Part shown: positions 1 through 12,205 of the stretch, piece by piece
How the letters are laid out: every line of letters starts with the position of its first letter
Position numbering within the stretch: position 1 is the first letter of the stretch
Origin: the human T2T-CHM13v2.0 reference genome, Homo sapiens
Length of the DNA stretch: 64,000 bases
Reading direction: 5' to 3' (one strand)
Assembly: GCF_009914755.1 (NCBI RefSeq)
Contig: NC_060931.1
Notes under the pieces: model-generated
What the model was told of the DNA's origin: nothing
Databases searched by the model: none
Seen by the model: only the letters and a program-made list of their open reading frames with translations
Program-made: the position numbers and the translations under genes

Positions 1-298
1 CCTGCCCACCCCCACAACAGGTGCCCAGTCTGTGTCGTTCCCCCCCCATGTGTCCATGTGCTCCCGTCATTCAGCTCCCACTTATAAGTGAGAACATGCA
101 GTGTTTGGTTTTCTGTTCCTGTGTTAGTTTGCCGAGGATAACAGCTTCCCGCTCCATCCATGTCCCTGCAAAGGACATGATCTCACTCTTTTCTACGGCT
201 GCATAGTAGTCCATGGTGTGTACGTATGTACCACACTTTCTTTATCCAGTCCCTCACTGATGGGCATTTAGGTTGGTTCCATGTCTCTGCTGTTGTGT
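1..298 (-). mobile_element. L1PA-family LINE-1 3' fragment
   Basis: Antisense L1 3'UTR/ORF2-end phrases: 'cagctcccacttataagtgagaacatgcagtgtttggttttctgttcctgtgttagtttg', 'ccatccatgtccctgcaaaggacatgatctc', 'tgatgggcatttaggttggttccatgtc'. Truncated by the window start. Confidence 0.9.
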
Positions 299-369
299 AC
301 ACACAACTTTATAACCTGCACTTTTTACTTATAACACATTGTGAACAATTCCCTGTCCTTAGTATTTCT

Positions 370-650
370 CATCATGAATTTTAATCACTGCTTAATAACT
401 ATTTCTACACATGCACATCATCTAGCTAACCAATTCCCTCTTGAAGAAACTTTACATTGTTTCCAATATTTCCCATTAAAAATAATACTGCAATACGCAA
501 TCTTGATTGTAAGTCCTTGGAGAGATCTCTGATTTTTTCCTCTTAGGATACATTCCCATAAAAAGAATTCTAGATATTTTAAAGGTATATATGTAAGACT
601 TTCAAAATATCTTGCCAAATTGCCCTGTCACCAACAGAATATGAGTGAAC
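370..650 (-). mobile_element. Old L1M (L1ME-like) fragment
   Basis: AT-rich, with diverged L1M antisense phrases ('ttgtttccaatattt', 'ttaggatacattcc', 'ttgccaaattgccct', 'caccaacag'). Confidence 0.55.
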
Positions 651-654
651 CTTG

Positions 655-755
655 AAACCTCAGCTTCTTAATTTGTTAAAATGCAAACTATGTTCCCCTC
701 CTCACCCTATAGGGTTGCCGGGAAAATCCAAGGCTCTAACAAAAGTTAAAACATG
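655..755 (+). mobile_element. MIR SINE core fragment
   Basis: 'cctcagctttcttaatttgttaaaatg...cctatagggttg' resembles the MIR core 'cctcagtttcctcatctgtaaaatg...tcatagggttg'. Confidence 0.55.
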
Positions 756-2821
756 AACTCTGATGCAGGTAGGATTATCATCGCATCATAAATCACTCAG
801 GGACCTGCCTCTTTTTTCCCACTATATCACTGAGGCATAAGTCTGAACCACTGTTAGTCAAAAAAATGCATAAATGAAATAAAATAATATAAACCCATGG
901 GACACTTCTGGCAAAATGAAGCCTCCAGGCAAGGCCATGCTTTGGGACCTGCTGATGCGATTTGCTGCCACCTCCAGAACCACCAAGACGGAGTAAAAGC
1001 TTTTCGTTCCATGTGCAGCTGTGTGTGCTCCATGAGCGTGCAGAATTCTCTCTGTTGGCTGGTTCCCAGGCCATTCCTTCTCTACAAAGGTGACATCTAA
1101 TCATGCACAATGGAACACCTGTGTGGTGTCCAAGTCCCCCGTTCACTACCAGAGAAAAATTAATGCAGGGCTGTCAACAGGCTCCTAAGGTTAAATAACA
1201 ATAGTTTTAAAATCCTGAGCTGTAACACAAAGGCACATTTAATTTGAAAGCATGTATTTCTGCCTCTGCCTTTTGGTTTAGAGGACTTCATTCTGCCCTG
1301 GACAGTGAGAAGAGGGAATGGGGAGAGGAAGAGGAAGAAAAGGAGTGTGAAGTAGGAGGGAACGGAGGAGCCGGGGTGGGAGGGGGGTGGGGTGACCTGA
1401 GCACGCGCCTCACTCCTGGAACCCTGATTCTTCCACCGTACACGTGTATGCCATCACCATGCCCTGCGTCCTTAAGGGGTTCAATGTGGTGCTAAATAAC
1501 ATGAGCCCAAATAGTGCCTGCCATAAGCAGGCATCCAGTAATCCCAAGTGGTGGCTGTTAACAACACACTGAGTACCACCTGGCAGCTACAGTGGGTCAG
1601 ACGCTGCACCGGGTACAGCAGGAAGCACAGAGCCCACCGCGCGTCCTCACATGTGATGGCCGAGGGGCCACCTCAGGGCTGCAGAGGGTGAGGAGGGCAA
1701 AGAGCTGGAATTTCCAGAGGGCTTGGGACGTGCTCTGGTACAGGGCACACAAGGCCGGTGCTGAGACACTGTGCAGCTGGGAGAGGGCGAGTTCTGTGGG
1801 GAAGCACAGAGAAAGCAGAGGCTCCATGGGAGGCTTCGGCGTCGGACAACCCCAGTGGAACAGGCGGGCCATTAGGAGAACACAGGAAAGTGAGACACAC
1901 ACAAGGAAGTCCCCTCTCCCCGGAGGTGCCAGACTCAGGTGGGGCTGCCACTGGCAGCAATCATGAAGAACATGGCCAAGGCTGCGGGCTCCACAGTGAG
2001 GCTGAGGATTGAACCTGAGTTTGAGCCCAGCTTTGTCCTCCTTCAGTAGAATGACTAAGTGACACCGGCCACACAGGTGTGGTGGCAATTGTGCAGAGCA
2101 AAGCACTTCAGAGGCTTCCTGAGCCAAGCACACGGGAGAGGAACCCACCCAGGCCACCTCCCGCCTAGCACCTACTGCATCTAATACCCACACTTCATTT
2201 ATTTTGCTTAACATCCGTCTTCTCCTTGAATGGGAGCCCTACAGGCCCGGGGTCTACAGGAGCCCCATGAACAGTGGACTTTTGGCCACCAAGGCAGTGG
2301 TGTGATGATGGTGACAGCCACGGAGGAGTGTGGCTACTGGCAGGAAGGGCCCCGATCCTCCCCCAACCCCACCTCCACCCAGGCTTGGCCACTGGCTAGC
2401 TGTGACATGACAAGGCGGATGCCGGGGGCCTCCGAAGGCCTGGGTGTCTCCTCACTCCCCCGCCCCTCCGCCATCGCCATAGGAAGGACACACCTGGGCC
2501 AGCCCGATGGTTGCAAGAGCAGGATGGCAGGTGCATGGGCAGAGACACTAGGGCCAGCCCAGCCCGGAGCAGCCACAACCAATCATGAAGGACACCGCTC
2601 TGGTTCGGGGTGGTTTGATGGCTGGCCAATACCAGGGATTCCAACCTGACTAGAGAGGCCCCAGCATGGTCAGCTGAGGAACATCAGGAGGTTACTGGGG
2701 GGAATGGGCTCTGAGCTAGGTTTGAAGGGTGGAGAGGCAGGGAGAGGGGTGGGTAAGCTATGGGTCAGAACAGGCATCCATGAGGATCTCTCAGGACCCA
2801 GGGCTTGGATGTGGGGCAAGG

Positions 2822-3900
2822 ACTGCACACATGGATGTCAGTGAGGACCGTCCAGGGGACAGCCCTGCACTAGGCAGGAAATTGCACACAGAGAGGTCAG
2901 TGAGGACTGTCCAGGGGATAGCGCTGCAGTGTGCAGGAGACTGCACACAAGAAGGTCAGTGAGGACCATCCAGGGGATAGCCCTGCGCTGGGCAGGAAAT
3001 CACACACATGGAGGTCAGTGAGGACCATCCAGGGGACAGCCCCGCACTAGGCAGGAAATTGCACAAACAGAGGTCAGTGAGGACCATCCAGGGGACAGCC
3101 CTGTGCTGGGCAGGAAATCACACACATGAAGGTCAGTGAGGAACATCCAGGGGACAGCCCTGCGCTGGGCGGGAAATCACACACATGAAGGTGAGTGAGG
3201 AATATCCAGGGGACAGCCCCGTGCTAGGCAGGAAATTGCACACACGAAGGTCAGTGAGGAACATCCAGGGGACAGCCCTGCTCTGGGCAGGAAATCACAC
3301 ACATGAAGGTCAGTGAGGAACATCCAGGGGACAGCCCTGCGCTGGGCGGGAAATCACACACATGAAGGTGAGTGAGGAATATCCAGGGGACAGCCCCATG
3401 CTAGGCAGGAAATTGCACACACAGAGGTCAGTGAGGACCATCCAGGGAACAGCCTCTGCAACAGGCAGTGGACAGGAGACCGCATGCACGGAGGTCAGTG
3501 AGGACTGCCCAGGGGATAGCGCTGCAGTGTGCAGGAGACTGCACACATGAAGATCAGTGAGGACCATCCAGGGGACAGCCCTGCGCTGGGCAGGAAATCA
3601 CACACATGGAGGTCAGTGAGGACCATCCGGGGAACAGCCCCGTGCTAGGCAGGAAATTGCATACACAGAGGTCAGTGAGGACCGTCCAGGGGACAGCGCT
3701 ACAGTGTTACGAAGGTCAGTGAGGAACATCCAGGGGACAGCCCTGCTCTGGGCAGGAAATCACATACACGGAGGTCAGTGAGGACCATCCAAGGGACAGC
3801 CCCACGGTGGGCAGAAGGCAGGTGGGCAGGCGGCAGGAGACCACAGGCATGGAGGTCAGTGAGGACCGTCCAGGGGACAGCCCCACGCTGGGCAGGGGGC
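2822..3900. repeat. Minisatellite, 59-bp unit, ~18 diverged copies
   Basis: 'gtcagtgaggac' recurs at 2837, 2896, 2955, 3014 and onward (period 59). Unit ~GAGGTCAGTGAGGACCATCCAGGGGACAGCCCTGCGCTGGGCAGGAAATCACACACATG. Confidence 0.95.
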
Positions 3901-4220
3901 AGGAGATGACACTGTGGTCATCCGAAAGCTTTCGATGGTCGGCAGGACTATGAATTGAACCAGTCAGCGGGGGCTTCCACAGGCTGCTGAGCAGTGAGGG
4001 GACATCTGAGAAGGTGTATGTGGCACCTGTCCAAGCTGATTAGAACAAGGAGAGTCAGGAGTGAGGAGGATGCATGGATCATCAGGGCCAGGATGACAGA
4101 GGAGGAACAGGGGAAGTCAGGGTCAGGACGAGGGTGTGGCCGTGACTCAGCAACTGAAAGAACACAGGAGCTACCCAGCTCCAGGGGTGTGGTGAAGGCA
4201 GCCTGTGGGGAGCTGGAGAG

Positions 4221-4680
4221 GAGCAGGTGCGGAAGTGGCTCCGCTCCTGTGGGTGTCGGGGCAACGTGGGACGCTCGGAGCAGGTGCGGAAGTGGCTCCG
4301 CTCCTGTGGGTGTCGGGGCAACGTGGGACGCTCGGAGCAGGTGCGGAAGTGGCTCTGCTCCTGTGGGTGTCGGGGCAACGTGGGACGCTCGGAGCAGGTG
4401 CGGAAGTGGCTCTGCTCCTGTGGGTGTCGGGGCAACGTGGGACGCTCGGAGCAGGTGCGGAAGTGGCTCTGCTCCTGTGGGTGTCGGGGCAACGTGGGAC
4501 GCTCGGAGCAGGTGCGGAAGTGGCTCCGCTCCTGTGGGTGTCGGGGCAACGTGGGACGCTCGGAGCAGGTGCGGAAGTGGCTCCGCTCCTGTGGGTGTCG
4601 GGGCAACGTGGGACGCTCGGAGCAGGTGCGGAAGTGGCTCTGCTCCTGTGGGTGTCAGGGCAACGTGGGATGCTCAGGAG
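4221..4680. repeat. Minisatellite, 57-bp unit, 8 near-identical CpG-rich copies
   Basis: GAGCAGGTGCGGAAGTGGCTCYGCTCCTGTGGGTGTCGGGGCAACGTGGGACGCTCG starts at 4221, 4278 and so on to 4620. Confidence 0.97.
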
Positions 4681-6153
4681 GGGGCCTCAGCACGCAGGAA
4701 GCTGAGCTCACAAGGGGTCGGATTGCAAGATCTCTTCAGAGGTGGAAGCTGATGCGGGTGGAGGTGGGTGGTTTCTAAAGATAAGAAGGGGAGGAAGAAG
4801 ATGGGGACTGGGAGGGGAGAGGGAGAGAGAGAGCAGAAGGATGAGCTTCTGTTGAAGAGAGAGGCGCCACACACAGCCTCCACGCAGCCTCCACCCAGCA
4901 GGCGGGACCAGTGGACAGGCTGCAGCTCACAGGGTCCTTGCTCAAAGGCGGCAGCAAATGCACCATCCACTTCCTTTCCTTGCCGGCCCGTCAGTCACAG
5001 CATCGGAAGAATGAATAGTGCTCCCTGATCCCTAACGTGCAATCGGGGCTGGAGCCGGAGACCCCTCCACCCTGCAGTCAGGGCCAGCGGGGCTGTCTCA
5101 GGCAGCACATCTAAAGGCCTCTCCAAGCCATGCACCCACCCTGCAGGAAAGAGCTCAGCATCCTGGCATCAAGTCTGCCATTCAGGCCACACTGGGACTT
5201 GGTGTCCAGTCCTCATCTCTTCTTTCTAGAAACCCAAGTTAAAGATCAAGGTGACACAGAACCAGAGCTTAGCAGCCAAAATCAGAATAGCACAGATGCG
5301 TAGTCACCCCAAAGCCCATCTGCTTTGTTCCGGGATCCCCCAGCCTCATTTCCATCTCTGTCATGGGCTCTACTGACAACACACTAGCAGAAGAGACCAC
5401 ACGTCTGTCAGCGCCCACAGGCAGGTGGCCCAGGGGAGCAGGGCCTGTCCTTTGCCCAGGCCTGAGGCCACACGGGCAGAGTGGCAGTGGAGGGCTGGCA
5501 TGCACACAGAGGATGGTGACTTGCAGTGCTCTGTTCCATGGCCGAGAGGGCTGTAAGTGATTTGGTGCATCTTAGATAGTCATTCCACCCGGCAAGCACC
5601 AACTCAAGGATGTTCATGGCCCTCAAATGTACACTTGAGGCCAGGCTATGAGGGGAGCACGAAGATAGAGGACGAGACACAAGTCAAGCCTTAAAAAGCC
5701 ATTCTCTCGGCAGAGAAGAACAGGCACACACAACCAAGCTGCCCATTCCCCAGAGCTGCTAAGGAGACAGTGTTCGCAGATCTTGGATCAGTGGAGACAC
5801 CCTGAGAGAGACACCTCAGAGCCTGTACTTTCCAGATTTCAAGGCCACACCCCTAAACCTGTTTCCTGGTGTGCGGGGACACATTTAGCTGGGCCCGGTT
5901 CTATCAGGGAATATTTAACATAGTTTCAATGTTACAACTTGGCATCCTCGGCTTCTCCCTCTTGGGTTCTGGGGGAGCCCCAATGACAGAACAACTTAGA
6001 AGCCCAGGGTGCTCCGAGGAAACATTTCACCAACTCAGCCCACGGCACCCACACCAGGTGCTCATAGACAGCTGCTAAAGAAATGAGTGAATTAATGACG
6101 CTTTCTCAAATTCGCACCCCACAAAAACCTCATTCACACTAAGTGTGTGTGTT

Positions 6154-6155
<2 letters not shown>

Positions 6156-6186
<31 letters not shown>
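6156..6186. repeat. (CT)n microsatellite, ~15 units
   Basis: Uninterrupted ctctct run, preceded by a short (tg)n. Confidence 0.95.
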
Positions 6187-6190
<4 letters not shown>

Positions 6191-6460
6191 AGAGTCCAGG
6201 CTAAGACCATCTCACTCTCTTCAGTTTTTATCTTTTCCAAGATTTCATTTCTTAAAAAGATTCTACCCTTCTTTGCATCCTTTTGAACTCCCTCTTCTAT
6301 TCCTAACCCTGTTCTCTTTTATTTTCATATTGTAATCACAAAATAATTCACAGATATCAGAAATTCTCCTATTTGATAAAAAATACTGTAATTCCATGTA
6401 AGAGAAACAGCCATGTTCTTTAAAAACTGAGGAAAAGAAGAGAAAGAGAAAACTATGAGT

Positions 6461-6527
6461 AGGTCGGATGTGAATGTAAAGAATAAGCCGACAGGTCGGA
6501 TGTGAATGTAAAGAATAAGCCGACAGG
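6461..6527. repeat. Perfect 32-bp tandem duplication
   Basis: AGGTCGGATGTGAATGTAAAGAATAAGCCGAC occurs at 6461 and 6493, followed by AGG. Confidence 0.95.
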
Positions 6528-7502
6528 ACACTGAGGGCGTTTTGCAGGATCACATTCTTCTCAGGGCCGCTTGCTGGGAAACGACATGTGTCGAGTTCCC
6601 AGCAGTGGGAGGGCTGTCGTCGAGGAGGCCCAAGGAATGTACCTTCCCAGCCTCCCACAGGGGATTCCTGCCACCCATGTGAGGTCACATGGGGTTGGCA
6701 AAGAACCTTCCTTGAGTAATAGAACTATCATCAATAGGTGATTTGAATTTGTTTTTCTCAAGTTAAAATATTGAAAACAGTTGGTCAGGAGTTGACGGCA
6801 AGAAATGCCAGATGAAATTTTCTGGCACCTTTGACCCTGCACCTCTGAGATAAGATGGCAGTGAAACCTCCTCCGTGTCTACCCTTCATGCTCTTACCTT
6901 TTCCTTTCCCTCCTCACCTCAAAATGTCGAGAGGCAGCTGGATGCGCTGGTGTGGTCAGGATGGCTACGCAATGCTATTTGCACTTCAAGTTTTACCCCC
7001 TATCCTGGGTCCTGGGCCAAGACCTAAAGAGCAGTGTGGTTTGTGATGTTATTAAGTGGATCGGACAGAGACTATGGAAATGCGAACGTGCACATCACAT
7101 CAACCTGTGCAGAACTTGGAAGGGAGAACCCACGGCTCACAGAGGGGCTTTTTCCTCCTAGTTCTCCTAAACCATCCACATCTTGTAGAACAAAGAACAA
7201 GGGTCCCAACACGAAAAAGGAGGCCATCCACACAGGCTGGTGCCATCCCTCCCATACCTGTCTCTGTAGACATGCTCTGTGCCTTGCTTGGAAAATGGAA
7301 ACTTCTCCAGGCAACCCTGGCCGCACAGCTTTGCCTCTCACACAATCGCACACATCAGCTTCACCCATGTTTCCGGCTAAGCGTCATGTCCCCGCACACC
7401 CCTGGGCACCAGTGCAAGACACGGTGGGAGGCAGCATGCTCACAGCTCCTTGGGTACAAACGGGTTGTTCTCACAGAGGCCGGAAAGAGCCAGGGTTCCC
7501 AC

Positions 7503-9330
7503 ATGCACATTGCTAAGTGAAAGCAGCCAGTCTGAAAATCCTGGAAAAGGCAAAACTATAGAGACATTTAAAAGATCAGTGGTTGTCAAGGATTCCGGGA
7601 GAGGAAGGGAGATGTGAGTATGTGAAATAGATGATTTTTTTAGGGCAGTGAGGCTATTTCTATGTTACTGTAACTGTGGATAAATGACATGCATTTATCA
7701 AAGCCCACTGAACTTCACAGCACAAAGAGGAGCCTTAATTTATGCAAGTTTAACAAAAAAAATCAAGGATGCTTCAGATCCCGGGACAGAATGCCATGCA
7801 GACGGTGATGACAGAATCCTGCAGCATCACAGATGTGTGAAGCCACTGACACCAACGGGGCAGGAGAAAAAGTGCTGACCTACATAGCTCTGGAAACGAG
7901 CAGAGCCTGTAAAACTGAAAGGAAAAGATCCTGTCTATAAGCACTGTGCTCTAGCTGATAAACTTGTTTCCCAAGAGGTACCAGCTAGCAATTCTGACTC
8001 TACCACACATGCATGCAAAGTGAACAATGAGGTTAACAGCTGGCAGGTGGCAGGAGGAAGTTCTCCCTATTGGAGTGGAGGTTACAGGTAAGCAGGAGGC
8101 AGCGTCTGGAATAATCCACATGGTAAGAGCCTGGAGTTGGAGACGTGAATAAGAGCTCATGGTTAGCTTGGTATAGATACAGATGGTAACAGAAATATTT
8201 ATAAATATGTGTATATTCCTAGATCTCACAGTCACACCCACATGCACACACTCACACACATGCATAGTCACACACACACACACACATCTTCTCGCTCCGT
8301 CAGCTGACATGTCCTACAGGCAAGGACATCCCCGCAGTAATGAGCACACACCACGCCCAGCACTTGATTTCCAAAACCATTCTCAGATAGAAGGGACTGG
8401 GACTGCTTGGAGAAATGGCTAATTCTAAGACTGAGACAGGAAATACACAAGATGAGCCTAAAGCCTCTTGTAGTGTCAGAAAGGAAGGAAGTGTTTTCAA
8501 AAAGCCATAAAGATGGACGTATTCAAAGGGACAGTTTGTGTGAGGCCACGGAACGGGCTGCCGGCAGCCGAAGCTGGAACAATGTGAGCAAACAAAATGA
8601 AAAGTGTTATGTTATAGCCCAAAATATAACATAAAGTGTTGAATAAATAAATGGGAAGAAAGAGACAAATCTCCTGTGCAGAATTCCAAACAATTTCTGT
8701 CTATCCTCTGCCTTCAAGGAAGCAGAGCATGACGCGTCACTCACGAGTGTGGGTTTACACTGTGCCTTCCCTCAGAGAGTGCAGCAGGGAAAGAGGGAAG
8801 CGGGGTGAGGGGGAGAAGCCGCAACCCTCCCCACCAAGCCACTGAGCACAGTTGGTATCCACCATGATGGCGCACACTGAGTGTGTGGCTTTGATCTGAT
8901 GTGATGAGAAGGCACTTCACCCCAATCTTCCTCCCCAGAACTCAAACACATCAGACAAATCCAGGCCAGGGGACATTCTACAGACTGACCAGGCCTCCTC
9001 AAAACTGTCAGGGTCCTCAAAGCCAAGGAAAGTCTGAGAAAATGTGATAGCCAAGAGGACCCCAGGAGACACGACCACGAAATGTATGGTAGAATCCTGG
9101 ATGAGATCCTGGGACAGAGAAACTTCATTAGGTGAAAACTAAGGAAATCTAAATAAAGTAGGGAATTTAGTTAACAGTCACATAACAGTCATTGGTTCCT
9201 TAATTATGACAAACTGTGTACTAATGTAGGAAGTTAATTGGGAAACTGGATGTGAAGATATGAGAACTCTCTGTTCTACCTTCAGTTATTTTAGTAAATC
9301 TAAAACTGTCCTGAAAAATAGTTTATTATA
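7503..9330 (+). mobile_element. L1MC-family (L1MC3-like) long 3' UTR fragment
   Basis: Colinear L1MC 3' end phrases: 'gctaagtgaaag..agccagtctgaaa', 'ggaaaaggcaaaactatagagac', 'ttggagaaatggctaattctaag', 'catcagacaaatcc..gggacattctaca', 'ctcctcaaaactgtca', 'aaggaaagtctgagaaa', 'gtaaatctaaaactgt'. Confidence 0.85.
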
Positions 9331-9909
9331 GACAGAGAGAGAGAAATAGCCACATGGTAGAATATATGAAGCCATCAAAATGCTATAGGTTAATACTTCT
9401 TAACACAGAAATAGGTTTATGCTACATTAAGTTTTAAAAAACAAGATGTAAATGTGGAAGATAGAAAAGGCAGCCCCGAAACTTACCAGTGGTCATTTGT
9501 GCCGGGCAGCGGGAATGTTTTGGCCTTTGATCTTCCTTTTCTGCTTATCTGTGTTTCACATTTTCTTCAAGGAACATGTTAACATCTTTTTAACCCATTA
9601 TGAAAAATTATACAAGTTATGGGTTATTCAAAGCTCAGTAAAAGCCACTGATACACTAAGTTGATATTTCAAAGGGTGTGATTTTGAAGCCCTCTCACTA
9701 CAGGCTTTATCAACGCACGATGACTGCACAGGTCTGTCTTAGCTCTAAAGCACCCAGCACTCTGCATCAACACCACGGGCATCAAATGAGGCGGATGGAA
9801 GCCTACAACCCTCAATCAGTAACAGCTTGCTGTTTCGTCCAGGACTGACATAGAAGGATTATTCAGGGGGCCCTAATCTTTCTCTTCTGTCTGCTGAGGA
9901 TGGTCTTAC

Positions 9910-9957
9910 CTCATCACAGGTATACCTGGTATACCTCTGGCTGTTTGTGGAGAGCCC
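9910..9957 (-). other. Candidate 48-nt frame-preserving cassette exon (phase 0 reads GLSTNSQRYTRYTCDE)
   Basis: On the minus strand the acceptor is ctgctgtgttttcag|GGG and the donor is GAG|GTAAGA. Length is divisible by 3 and two frames are open. No homology recognised. Confidence 0.3.
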
Positions 9958-10897
9958 CTGAAAACACAGCAGTACATTCTCCTCGTTTATCAATGAGGAG
10001 GGATGGCCACGAAGGGGAGCGGCTGGAGAGAGGGAGTGACGGAGAATGCACAGCTGCATGGAGATGACCCCAGGATGGCAGCAAAGGGCATTCCTCAGAA
10101 TGACGTGGGCTGCCCAGTCCCTGAACAAGCATGGGCCTGGCAGGGGTGTTCCTCAGATGTTTGTGATGCAATTAAACCTCTGTGGTCCATGAAAGAGAAG
10201 GATCTCAGCTGTGTCCACTTAGGGTGTCCCTGTGAGACACGACACATCCCTGCACCCCAGGTGATGGCGATGCCTCCCACTGGCAAAAAGGATCCATGTG
10301 TGCAGCAACCCCACCTCTTCCTCAGTGCTCACGGGTGCGTCAAAGAGAAACAAAAGAAGGATACCTACTTTCCAAACACATCATCCATCAACATGCATGC
10401 AGCTGTTTACTGGAATTTGCTTTTTCGTTACTTAAGCTAATGAGGTCATTTGGAAGATATTTATGAAAATAAAACATAAGAGGATGAACCTGCCCCATCC
10501 ATTTGGTTAACAGGAAAACATCTCGCAGATGTAACAGCCATGGCTGACTTCCAGAACTGTCACCATCCGCCTGCCTCAAAGTCACTGGCACGTGTGTGGT
10601 TTGCTGCTCCTGGACCCGCTCTCTCAGGGGCATCATCATGAGGCCTCTGCAGAGCCAGAGGAAAGAAAATCATCTGAAGAAGAGGATTCCGTGACCACTC
10701 TTATTTTATCTCCACAGTACTGTTTCTTGCCTAATTTGTGCCGAACATTTACGATGACAAAGACGATGATCCGAAAACAGCAGGCAGAACAAGGTTGCAC
10801 TATGGCGAGGAGAACTGGGATGCGGAGAGAAAGGGGCAGCCCCGGGCACACAAAGCGGCCGCGTGCACCAGCTGGTGTTTCCCTCTCAGTGAGTGTA

Positions 10898-11212
<315 letters not shown>

Positions 11213-11906
11213 TAAAATCCAGCATCTCAACATCAGGAAGAACTTTACAGACCAGTTTCCCTTCTCACTCAATTTGGCTGCATCACCCACTGCTCCCAAT
11301 GGGAGGCGAGTCCCAGGGGCTTTTTCCACCTCATTCCATGCTCGCCTTTCTACATCATCTGTTACATGCTCAAGGCTTCCCCATCGGCCTCTGCAATCCC
11401 TCTTCCCAGTTCCTTCCTGTTTCCCTACTCTCCATCCTCCTCTCCTGATTCCTTTCCTTGGCTTGTTTTCACCCACGTGCCACTGAAATACCAGCGTCTA
11501 CCAAATTTTCACTATCGACACCTCCCACGCTTCATCCTCTGTCTGGTCGTCTCTCCACAGCCATGGCTGTAGTCAGGAATGATTCCTAAATACGTTTCCA
11601 CACTTTTTCCAAGAGTTCCACCTTCATAGTCCAGTCTTTCTGGACGTTGTAACCTCTATCACACAAACATTTCATACTTGATACTCTAAGGCTGAGCCCC
11701 TTTTCACTGTCCCCCTCCCCACCTACCATGATATCCACAGACACGCTGGTGATTGCACCTCACAGAAGCCTCTCTGGGCTTCTCCCCACGCCCCGGCCGC
11801 CTGGCCATCTCTTGCCTCAAAGGCCTCCTAAGGAGTCTCCATAGCATTAAGTAATTTACCTTCCAATTCATTCTCCTCTCTCCTACAATTAAAAGTGAAT
11901 CATTCC

Positions 11907-12030
11907 AGCCAGCGCAGTGGCTCACACACCTGTAATCCCAGGGCTTTGGAAGGCTGAGGTGGAAGGATCACTTGAGCCCAGGAGTTAGAGACCAGCCTGG
12001 GCAACAAAGTGAGACCCTGTTTCTAAAAAA
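11907..12030 (+). mobile_element. FLAM / free left Alu monomer
   Basis: Single Alu monomer ('ggatcacttgagcccaggagt..gagaccagcctgggcaacaaagtgagaccctgtttctaaaaaa') with no right arm. Confidence 0.85.
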
Positions 12031-12205
12031 CACATAATTTAAATTTTAAAAAATAAATGAAAATCCTCCAATAACATGCAGCCTCTTCTGTATGAAGCCA
12101 AAACTTCCTTACAAGGCACAAAGGTGCTTTCCCCTTGTTCCTTCCCATGCCCTCAACTCCCCAGCCCCCTCCCAGCCTGCCTTGCACCCAGCCCTAGGCA
12201 GCCAC

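Noticed and set aside
1373-1392. G-quadruplex motif GGGGTGGGAGGGGGGTGGGG
   Set aside because: The motif is real but common in GC-rich human DNA, and no supporting context is visible.
3918-3937. Palindrome CGAAAGCTTTCG with imperfect extension beside the 59-bp VNTR
   Set aside because: 12-bp palindromes are expected by chance many times in 64 kb, and this is too short for a pre-miRNA.
3994-4778. ORFs of 166-252 aa in four frames
   Set aside because: The 57-bp unit has no stops; being open in several frames on both strands indicates a repeat, not a gene.
10747-10776. FLAG-tag-like peptide IYDDKDDDPK
   Set aside because: It is not DYKDDDDK and no vector sequence lies nearby; coincidence.
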